Virus record (IMG/VR): IMGVR_UViG_3300009149_000021
DNA: 16,951 nt
Direction: 5' to 3' (one strand)
From: a virus
Lineage: Duplodnaviria > Heunggongvirae > Uroviricota > Caudoviricetes
Position numbers and translations under genes: made by a program. Positions within the stretch are counted from its first letter, which is position 1, and every line of letters begins with the position of its first letter. Below the pieces are notes generated by a model. That model ran no database searches, was not told where the DNA came from, and worked only from the letters and a program-made list of their open reading frames with translations. Of the stretch, positions 1 to 6,826 are shown piece after piece.

Positions 1-153
1 TGATTTGGATTTGGAAATATAAAGATGTCCTTTCGTCTTATGCTTTTGCGAATCACCACAATAAATACATCTCGTTATATAGTGACCAGATGTGTTTTGT
101 ATTATAGATAAATTATTTTTCAGGATATCTATAGTTTCCGGTGTATAAATCAT
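1..153 (-). CDS. DNA primase, T4 gp61-like, N-terminal Zn-binding part (partial, runs off the window)
   Basis: Not in the ORF track. Manual translation from ATG at 153 gives MIYTPETIDILKNNLSIIQNTSGHYITRCIYCGDSQKHKTKGHLYISKSKS, open to the edge. RCxxCGDS...HLY matches the Zn-binding motif of T4-like primases. Start overlaps the clamp-loader stop (ATGA). Confidence 0.7.
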   Translation of the reverse strand, partial: MIYTPETIDILKNNLSIIQNTSGHYITRCIYCGDSQKHKTKGHLYISKSKS

Positions 154-1109
154 TTTATTTCCTTCAGAGCCTCTAATGTTTCATATGTGAATGCCATGAA
201 ATGCATTGGCTGAGATGCAACCATATTCAAATTATTACAATATTTGTTTGCCAATACTTTGCATATGGGTAGTGTTGCCTTTTCAAAAAATAAATTTTCA
301 AACACTACAGAATAATTTATATCTTTTCTCATTAGTATTTCCTGCAATTTATTTAAACATACTTGACATCGAGAATCTTTAAGTTGATATGCTTTGAATA
401 TATCATTTGCGAGAGCTGCTATTGTTGTCTCGATTGGAATAAGATCATTAGTTGATGGTAGCCTTAATTTTAGCTGATATGTGTATGACTGCAACGTATT
501 TAATATTTTCCTAACATCCGGCATAAATAATTTAACAGCACGCGAAACCTCAGCTTCTGAATGTTCCACATTTTCAACATTTAAAACTTGCAAACAAAAA
601 GATAGAATTTGTGATTCTGTTAACGGCTTCAATTCATGTATTTGAAACCTAGAAACTATAGCATCCATAAATGCAGAAAATTTGTTGGCTGTGAAGATAA
701 ATCTTCCAACCCTAGTATAAAACTCAATTGGATGTCTCAAAGCCTTCTGAGAATCAGATGTTAGATTATCAGCCTCATCAATAAAAACTATTTTTATTTT
801 ATCCTTGCCAAAAGGTGGACTTGCTAGAAAATTAGGTACTTCTTCTCTTCCAAGAGATATTCCCCTGTTAGCGGAACCATTTATATATAGAACGTTATCA
901 TCTGATTCTGACATAATATTATCTATTAAAATTCTAGAAAGAGATGTCTTTCCTGTTCCGGGAGGCCCGTAGAAGAGAAGATTTGGGATTACTTTATTTT
1001 CTAGACAATGTTTAGCTGCATTCCTAACTGAATCATCCAAAACGAGCTGATCAATATTCGTTGCTCTATATTTTTCAACCCATAAATTTGTCTCAAAAAA
1101 ATTATTCAT
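150..1109 (-). CDS. Clamp loader AAA+ ATPase (RFC small subunit / T4 gp44-like)
   Basis: WVEKYR RFC box, Walker A GPPGTGKT, Walker B FIDEAD, and SRF at the SRC arginine-finger position. Confidence 0.93.
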   Translation of the reverse strand: MNNFFETNLWVEKYRATNIDQLVLDDSVRNAAKHCLENKVIPNLLFYGPPGTGKTSLSRILIDNIMSESDDNVLYINGSANRGISLGREEVPNFLASPPFGKDKIKIVFIDEADNLTSDSQKALRHPIEFYTRVGRFIFTANKFSAFMDAIVSRFQIHELKPLTESQILSFCLQVLNVENVEHSEAEVSRAVKLFMPDVRKILNTLQSYTYQLKLRLPSTNDLIPIETTIAALANDIFKAYQLKDSRCQVCLNKLQEILMRKDINYSVVFENLFFEKATLPICKVLANKYCNNLNMVASQPMHFMAFTYETLEALKEIK

Positions 1110-1773
1110 TTAAAACCTCTTCATTAGTTTCATTTGTATTTGTTGGTTCAGTTTCAGAGTCATTTTTTTCTTCGTCTTCCTCTTCAATTTCCTTTTCTTT
1201 CTCATTATATTTTTCTATACATTCCAGCGGATTTGTTGCATATACCCCATACCATTCCTCGAAAATCATTTTCATAATAGAATAAAACGTGTACGGTTTC
1301 AACACCTCTCCACCAAGTTGAAGTTCTGCTTCCTTTAGACGTGATATTGCCGCATTATTAAATGAACTAAGAATCCCAATCATTTGAGTTTCTTGTATTT
1401 TATTTTCTACAAAGCATTTGCTGCACAACTCGATTAGTATTTCAAACATTTTAATAATATGTAGATCTGCAGTAGACTCCACATTCTCCGAAAGTGGTTC
1501 ATTATTATTAAAATATTTTCTTTTCATCTCTAACACCAAACTAACATCAACAATAAAATGATTCATGCCAAGTAAAAAATACGGATTCTTCTTACTTATC
1601 ACATTTAAATATATTTTCTTGAATATTTTCCAAAGATAATTTAATTCTTTTTCCGTCTTATCATTTCTAACACATCTAATAACCGTCTGCATTTGTTCGT
1701 TTACAAATGAAAGTCTTCTACCTTTAAATTTTTTTAAGCCCGAAAATAAATCAGACACATCATTTTGAAGCAT
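1102..1773 (-). CDS. Hypothetical protein with acidic C-terminal tail
   Basis: 223-aa ORF, GGAGG upstream, overlaps both neighbours, ends in an E/T/N-rich tail. No recognised domain. Confidence 0.8.
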   Translation of the reverse strand: MLQNDVSDLFSGLKKFKGRRLSFVNEQMQTVIRCVRNDKTEKELNYLWKIFKKIYLNVISKKNPYFLLGMNHFIVDVSLVLEMKRKYFNNNEPLSENVESTADLHIIKMFEILIELCSKCFVENKIQETQMIGILSSFNNAAISRLKEAELQLGGEVLKPYTFYSIMKMIFEEWYGVYATNPLECIEKYNEKEKEIEEEDEEKNDSETEPTNTNETNEEVLNE

Positions 1774-2290
1774 TTATCATATCCTCCAATTTTTTATTCA
1801 TCTTTTCTTTTTCATCCTTATGTCTAGCAGCAATAGCACTCTCATCTTCCAAATGTTCAAACAGTGAATCATTTTCCATTTTTATAAAACCAAAAACCTC
1901 TAATTGTTTAGAGAAGCACTTTTCGCCATTTTCATCCAGGACATGGTTTCCATTCTCATCTTTCACATCAAATACCAAAACATTTATCTCATGAATCCAT
2001 ATATGATTTGTTTCTTTGAAAACTGAAAGACCTTTTATTCTATCTGATATAATTCTAACCACATCCTCTTCTGATGCATTATCTGGATCTATTTCTTCAT
2101 CCGACATAATATCTGTACACCCAAGAGTTATAATCCCACTATCGTGGCGATACTTGAAAAACATTTCTGGTGTGTGTTCCATTTTAATTTCTTTTTCTTT
2201 ATTTATTTCTTCACCAATAAGTCTGATAAATTTCTTAATGTCTGTTTCCGTAATTCTATACTTCTTATCATTTTCTTTCTTAAAAACCAT
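1760..2290 (-). CDS. Hypothetical protein
   Basis: 176-aa ORF with AGGAGG SD (TAGGAGGATTTGTAATG). First gene after a GAGAAC motif. Confidence 0.82.
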   Translation of the reverse strand: MVFKKENDKKYRITETDIKKFIRLIGEEINKEKEIKMEHTPEMFFKYRHDSGIITLGCTDIMSDEEIDPDNASEEDVVRIISDRIKGLSVFKETNHIWIHEINVLVFDVKDENGNHVLDENGEKCFSKQLEVFGFIKMENDSLFEHLEDESAIAARHKDEKEKMNKKLEDMINASK

Positions 2291-2319
2291 TACAAATCCT
2301 CCTATGTTAATTTAATTAT

Positions 2320-2326
2320 GTTCTCT
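2320..2326 (-). promoter_or_regulatory. Recurrent intergenic motif AGAGAAC (putative phage promoter)
   Basis: Minus strand TTTTTTAGAGAACATAA, just after a terminator and about 30 nt upstream of the next start. Confidence 0.45.
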
Positions 2327-2353
2327 AAAAAATGAAGAACTAATTTTAAGGGC

Positions 2354-2388
2354 AAAAAAAAGCTCAGCATGTTGTATCATGCGAGCTT
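2354..2388 (-). terminator. Intrinsic terminator
   Basis: Minus strand AAGCTC-GCATG-atacaa-CATGC-t-GAGCTT running into a T-run. Overlaps the stop codon of the YqgF-like gene. Confidence 0.8.
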
Positions 2389-2982
2389 TATTTGAGTATA
2401 CAGCCATCGTTTATAAATTAAATAGGCGGCGATTTCATCACGTTGTTTCTTGGAAGCATCGTGATGGCGATTAGCTTGGATGGTTGTAAATGATTCGTTA
2501 ACAAAATAATATCTTTTTCCGGTATATCGCATATAAAGTACTATTATCCTATTAAAACAAAACATAAAACTATCACGTCTGCCATTAAACTTTCCAATGA
2601 CGACGTTTTTATATTCATCAATAACCTTTAGTATATCCTGGGTTTTAATCGTCTTGCTTGTGCCATTGCTAGCAAAATACAAACCGGTTACTGATGTTCC
2701 GAGATCTATGGACACTGTTGAATCATGTTGCTCTATTCCTCTTCCGACTGGTTTGTGTACCCTTATAATTTTCGACGGTGTAATAAGGTATACCAGCTTA
2801 TTTAATCTAGTAAGAATATTCACATACAGATGCACATAGTTGTTGTAAGACTGATTTGATACAAACCTGGAGTCTAGCTCTAGACAGACTTTGTTTGTCA
2901 TTTTTAATTCATCGAAGAATTGTTCATATGACAAATTTTTTCCATCCTTAATTATATAACGTCCAGATAGTAAGCAAATCAT
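2377..2982 (-). CDS. YqgF/RuvX-like RNase H-fold nuclease with about 90-aa N-terminal extension
   Basis: C-terminal half has SIDLGTSVTG, VVIG, FVNESFTTIQA and DEIAAYLIY, matching in order the YqgF pattern (DxG, VVG, DERxTT, DxxAAxxIL). Start moved to ATG 2982 because GGAGG lies within the first codons of the track ORF. Confidence 0.7.
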   Translation of the reverse strand: MICLLSGRYIIKDGKNLSYEQFFDELKMTNKVCLELDSRFVSNQSYNNYVHLYVNILTRLNKLVYLITPSKIIRVHKPVGRGIEQHDSTVSIDLGTSVTGLYFASNGTSKTIKTQDILKVIDEYKNVVIGKFNGRRDSFMFCFNRIIVLYMRYTGKRYYFVNESFTTIQANRHHDASKKQRDEIAAYLIYKRWLYTQIKLA

Positions 2983-3003
2983 GCTTCCTCCACGCATTCC
3001 GAA

Positions 3004-3438
3004 TTAGGTTTGTTCAACCTCTTCCGATTCTTGGTCGGTTTCTTCCGATTCTTGAACACTCTCTTCCTCAATTTTGATTTCTTGAGGTGTCACTGATTCG
3101 ATCTGCTCTTTTGTTATTTCCAAGCTCATTCTGTCTATGTTCAGAATGATTCCTTCATAATCTGCAAAGCCATCTGCTTCCATTTTATCCATCACTGGAT
3201 CAAATAGCTTGCCGATTTTGGATGCCAGAAAATCGGATGGGACACCAACAGTCATGCCATCTTTAGATTTGAAGTAACAATAATCAGGTGAACAATCAAT
3301 TTTCTTACAGAAGAGAATCTTGACCTGATCACATCCCTCCACTATGTCTTTTAGCTGAACAGACCCGACGAAATTGTTTTGCATAAATACCGCAACAATC
3401 TTAGGTTCAACAAACAAGACCTGAACCTCAATCTTCAC
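3004..3438 (-). CDS. Hypothetical protein with Glu-rich C-terminal tail
   Basis: 144 aa, GTG start with AGGAGG SD, ends EEESVQESEETDQESEEVEQT. Confidence 0.82.
   Translation of the reverse strand: MKIEVQVLFVEPKIVAVFMQNNFVGSVQLKDIVEGCDQVKILFCKKIDCSPDYCYFKSKDGMTVGVPSDFLASKIGKLFDPVMDKMEADGFADYEGIILNIDRMSLEITKEQIESVTPQEIKIEEESVQESEETDQESEEVEQT
3020..3054. repeat. 14-bp direct repeat with 21-bp period, encoding QESEE twice
   Basis: TCTTCCGATTCTTG at 3020-3033 and 3041-3054. Confidence 0.75.
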
Positions 3439-3476
3439 TAATGCCTCCTAAAAATTCTTATACTCATACTATGCAC

Positions 3477-3512
3477 TTATCTTCCCTCGATTCTCCCTGT
3501 GACCCCAGAAAT
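3477..3512 (-). CDS. Candidate micro-peptide (M)SGVTGRIEGR with AUU start, or a decayed peptide gene
   Basis: Orphan SD AAAGGAGG (3525-3518), TTTAA spacer, then ATT TCT GGG GTC ACA GGG AGA ATC GAG GGA AGA TAA. Resembles the N-terminus of the 26-aa peptide at 5064-5144. Confidence 0.3.
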   Translation of the reverse strand: MSGVTGRIEGR

Positions 3513-3540
3513 TTAAACCTCCTTTCTTTCTATATATTTA

Positions 3541-4209
3541 TTAGATGGTTGCTGATATTGTTGGAGATCCATATCGCAAACCACAATATGCATCAGTTGA
3601 CTCAGTTGACGTGTATGTATAATATTGTGTTGATGCTGTGATTGATGGTGTTGAAACATATGTTGTTGCCCATGTTCCATAATTCGACTGATCCGGTTGA
3701 TGGAGGCAATGGTCATTAGCATCATTCAATTTAGAATATTTTTCTGAATATTCAGTGTATGAAATATTATTTTTAACAACATTCACCGCCAGTGATATTA
3801 TTTTTTGGAATATTTCATTATCATAATTAAGAAACAATGATAGGCATTTTTCACAACTATAATTAATTGCATTATATCTTAAATTGCTGAAAACACCTTC
3901 GTCTTTTGTAAAGAATATTTTTCCACGTGTATTCCCATAAAATAATCTTCTCAACGTGTTGCAATCGTGGAATTCATAAAACTTCTTCGTCAGAAATCTT
4001 ACAATGTTACCAACATATTGCAATGATTTTTCCGAATGAATCTCGCAGCTAATTTGAGCAACATTGATAGAAAATATCATCACTGTTTTGAGATTTTTCA
4101 TATCATTAAGAGTAATAGTTATTTTTGGTGTATCGGATGTAACCATCATTACAAAGAAACTTCTCTTTCCAAACATCATAAAATTTCTATGTCCAACTGT
4201 ATTAAACAT
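3541..4209 (-). CDS. Hypothetical protein with Thr/Ser/Tyr-rich C-terminal tail
   Basis: ORF in track (3541-4263). More likely start is ATG 4209, overlapping the ATP-grasp stop (ATGTTTAA). No recognised domain. Confidence 0.72.
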   Translation of the reverse strand: MFNTVGHRNFMMFGKRSFFVMMVTSDTPKITITLNDMKNLKTVMIFSINVAQISCEIHSEKSLQYVGNIVRFLTKKFYEFHDCNTLRRLFYGNTRGKIFFTKDEGVFSNLRYNAINYSCEKCLSLFLNYDNEIFQKIISLAVNVVKNNISYTEYSEKYSKLNDANDHCLHQPDQSNYGTWATTYVSTPSITASTQYYTYTSTESTDAYCGLRYGSPTISATI

Positions 4210-4987
4210 GCTCCATTTCAACACCCTCTTCCGAAGCAGATCGTCCTGTATCTGTATTATCATTCAACTTTCCTTTGATGTATTTTCTAAATGCCTTGTA
4301 TACAAAATTTGCTGATGTTGCATTTGATAAACACGGTGACGAATTTCCTTCCACACAATGTGCGTTCCCTTCAAGATCATAAATTATATCAAATGATGCT
4401 ACAACTATATCCAGTTCATTGATATATTCTGTTATTTTAGAAACGACGGTCTCATCATTATATGATGACATTTCATATTTCCATCCATTGGCTCCTGTTC
4501 TGACAAGCAGACTTCCTGGGTTGTCCCACTTCTGCGTCCAGATCTTTTCTTGCCAAAGGGAATTTCCATATTTATCTACGAATAATCTATATTCCTTTTT
4601 ACTTTTTATAAATTTATTTATAAATTTGTATTCGAGTCCAGATAATAACTGTCGCTGAAATCCAAATAATATCAAATGACCTGTTCCATTCATATGATAT
4701 TTCTGGTGGACGATATAAATTTCATCATCCTGCATCTCACAGATTTTCACTCGTTCTATCTCATATGGTAGCCCTTTCCTATTTGTGGAAAGTCTTCGTA
4801 TGCCTTTTTTACAATTAACGTCGAAGAGCCTCCCGGCTCCATCGTCATATGAATTGCCCCATCTAATTAATATATCGCATGGCTCCGATTCTGGAGCACA
4901 CTCACAATTGAATAACCCAGCTATTGCCTGAGCTGATTCCATAGTATACTTTTCATTATAAACAACGAACATACTCTGATCAAACAT
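4202..4987 (-). CDS. ATP-grasp amide/peptide ligase (phage phiEco32-type / YheC-D-like)
   Basis: IRWG, HxxGxG loop, KKEYRLFV, VRTGANGW and FDII...CVEGNSSP (ExN metal-binding motif). Start set to ATG 4987 from the SD AAAGGAGTG. Confidence 0.82.
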   Translation of the reverse strand: MFDQSMFVVYNEKYTMESAQAIAGLFNCECAPESEPCDILIRWGNSYDDGAGRLFDVNCKKGIRRLSTNRKGLPYEIERVKICEMQDDEIYIVHQKYHMNGTGHLILFGFQRQLLSGLEYKFINKFIKSKKEYRLFVDKYGNSLWQEKIWTQKWDNPGSLLVRTGANGWKYEMSSYNDETVVSKITEYINELDIVVASFDIIYDLEGNAHCVEGNSSPCLSNATSANFVYKAFRKYIKGKLNDNTDTGRSASEEGVEMEHV

Positions 4988-5022
4988 ATAATTTTTCACT
5001 CCTTTGGCAACAAAATTTTAAT

Positions 5023-5051
5023 CTTGGATGTGAGGGCCAGTCACATCCAAG
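5023..5051. promoter_or_regulatory. Perfect 11-bp stem-loop between the peptide gene and ATP-grasp
   Basis: CTTGGATGTGA-gggccag-TCACATCCAAG. No immediate U-run on either strand, so it is an RNA stability or attenuation element rather than a clear terminator. Confidence 0.6.
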
Positions 5052-5063
5052 TTGACGTTATAA

Positions 5064-5144
5064 TTATTCTAATAATACTTCACACTCACTACATGGCCCT
5101 AACGGGCCTACAAAACTAATTGCGCCAGTTATGAATCCTGACAT
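5064..5144 (-). CDS. Unannotated 26-aa peptide MSGFITGAISFVGPLGPCSECEVLLE
   Basis: Below the ORF-track cut-off. ATG preceded by AAAGGAGGTGGTGATTTAA, TAA stop, co-oriented with and lying between the two ligase genes. Confidence 0.65.
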   Translation of the reverse strand: MSGFITGAISFVGPLGPCSECEVLLE

Positions 5145-5515
5145 TTAAATCACCACCTCCTTTGTGTGATCTTGGTTTTATTTCGGCCTTTACAACACTT
5201 ATACTTCACATCAATCTATAACAAGATTACAAAATAATTATAAATCTATATGTTATATGCTACCCGCCAAACAAATATTTACATTATTTCATAAAAATGG
5301 AACAATTGATACTTCATATAGAATTTCTGGGTAGCTACACGCACCTCAGAAAAATGTAAAATTTTTCAACCCCTATCGTAATATCGTCTCACGAATGTGT
5401 TATATCAAACTTTTTTATCAGAATTGAATATAACTCATGAAACAGGTATGCATCTGTAGAGATGAGTTGGATGTATGCAATCATCCACCACAATTCCAGT
5501 GAAAATAGATTTATT

Positions 5516-5539
5516 AAAAAAATACACCAATAATGATGT
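5516..5539 (-). terminator. Possible weak intrinsic terminator after the COOH-NH2 ligase
   Basis: Minus strand ACATCA-ttat-TGGTGT (one G-U pair) followed by A and T7, about 45 nt after the stop. Confidence 0.3.
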
Positions 5540-5582
5540 GGCCGAAACAAATCTATTAAATCGTGGATTTAAGAAATTGAAA

Positions 5583-6392
5583 TTAAATTTCAATTTTATT
5601 ATCTGCGATATATTTCTGAATTATCGCATTTGCCTTGACGCAGTATGTCTTTGGCATTTTAGTCATGAAATTTTCCCATGTCTCCATATTGACCTCGGAT
5701 GGCAACATCTTTCCTCGCACTCTGTGACTATTCCACATGTTGTAGTATGGAAGGAACATCCTCCACTCTTTGGGAGACAGAACTGATTTTATATATTTCA
5801 AATGAGTCTTATAATTGACAAGTGTGCTGCCAAATAATTCAACATTGAAATATGTTGAGTACACTATAGATAAAATGCAGAATGCCCATCTTGGATCAGA
5901 TAACCAGGAAGATGGTGTGCGCCATTCTACCGATTTTTTATGATCCTCACGGAACTCATTGCTTTTTCCATAACCCGATTGTTCAACCCTTGTCTTTCGA
6001 CCGGGCTCACATAACAAGTATTTATGCTTTTCCCATTCATTCAGAACTTGCCGTATCTCATCTTTCTGTGGGCATTTGTCGAAATGAATATGTCCTCCTG
6101 TTGGAGGAGATCCGACTCCGCCCGCAATCATAATAAACTTATCAATTGAGGGATTCAATTTCTTAAATGCCTTCTCGACCATCACCAACGATATTCCCAT
6201 CTGAGCGATCACAAAAAATGGCTTCCCAGGATCCGGACGGAGTTCAACAACTCTATTTGAATGATCATATCCAATTCTCCCTCCACTTGGAAATGCCGGA
6301 TATTTAAATGACGTAAATTCCGATCCTGATTTTACCTTTGCTTTATAGCCGAATTCTGGATCACATCCTACGAACTTACCTTTATTAGACAC
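5583..6392 (-). CDS. COOH-NH2 ligase type 2 (phiEco32-like, glutamine synthetase / gamma-glutamylcysteine ligase fold)
   Basis: VGCDPEF, GYD...VELRPDP, GGHIHF, R...GYG...FR and VEWRTPSSWL motifs. GTG start with AGGAGG SD. Confidence 0.85.
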   Translation of the reverse strand: MSNKGKFVGCDPEFGYKAKVKSGSEFTSFKYPAFPSGGRIGYDHSNRVVELRPDPGKPFFVIAQMGISLVMVEKAFKKLNPSIDKFIMIAGGVGSPPTGGHIHFDKCPQKDEIRQVLNEWEKHKYLLCEPGRKTRVEQSGYGKSNEFREDHKKSVEWRTPSSWLSDPRWAFCILSIVYSTYFNVELFGSTLVNYKTHLKYIKSVLSPKEWRMFLPYYNMWNSHRVRGKMLPSEVNMETWENFMTKMPKTYCVKANAIIQKYIADNKIEI

Positions 6393-6400
6393 GAAAAAAC

Positions 6401-6476
6401 CTCCTGGGTTGATAAGGGTTTTACGGGTGGTATACTACCACCCCAACCCTCGAGCTAGACTCCACAGCTTGCGCTG
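6401..6476 (-). promoter_or_regulatory. GC-rich structured 5' leader of the ligase gene
   Basis: CAGC-GCAA-GCTG GNRA hairpin (6465-6476), perfect 8-bp stem 6425-6432/6436-6443 extended by 6415-6420/6445-6450, and an alternative pairing 6406-6411/6444-6449 next to the SD. Confidence 0.45.
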
Positions 6477-6549
6477 CTTTGTGAATAAAAATATTTGCCT
6501 ATTCAAATAATTAATATATGTACTTTTTTGAGATTAACAAAAATTAGCA

Positions 6550-6556
6550 GTTCTCG
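6550..6556 (-). promoter_or_regulatory. Recurrent motif CGAGAAC (putative promoter of the ligase unit)
   Basis: Minus strand TTTACGAGAACTG, pointing toward the structured leader and ligase. Confidence 0.35.
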
Positions 6557-6751
6557 TAAATACTAAATTAATAATATTGAAATAATAGAAGTGATGAAAT
6601 AAAAATATCTTTTGTAAAAAAGATTATTTTGTATATTATATGATATTAAATAAAGATAACAAATTTTACTTATGTGTATTAATAAACTATAGAGAATTAT
6701 TTTTATGTAAAAAATTTTAAACATAAATTTTTTGCTTACGCGTGTATAAAC

Positions 6752-6785
6752 GGATGGTCAACGTTCTTACGAACGCAACACATCC
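6752..6785 (-). terminator. Long GNRA-capped hairpin downstream of the helicase (possible terminator)
   Basis: Minus strand GGAUG(u)GUUG-CGUUC-GUAA-GAACG(u)UGAC-CAUCC. G-U pairs work only on the minus strand. Followed by a short GUUUAU tail, 42 nt after the helicase stop. Confidence 0.45.
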
Positions 6786-6826
6786 TTCCAATTTATACCT
6801 TTTATATCTTTAAGAGAACTAACTAG

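Noticed and set aside
5052-5080. TTGACG on the plus strand as an antisense sigma70 -35 box
   Set aside because: No good -10 hexamer at 16-18 bp spacing.
5400-5500. 31-codon minus-strand ORF MIAYIQLISTDAY...
   Set aside because: No convincing SD and no motif.
6440-6505. Resemblance to a c-di-GMP-I riboswitch (GGCAAA ... GCGCAAGC ... GTCTA on the minus strand)
   Set aside because: The P2 helix with GNRA loop between those elements is absent, so the family call is not supported.
6736-6783. 15-codon ORF MCCVRKNVDHPFIHA on the minus strand
   Set aside because: No properly spaced SD, and the sequence is better explained as a hairpin.
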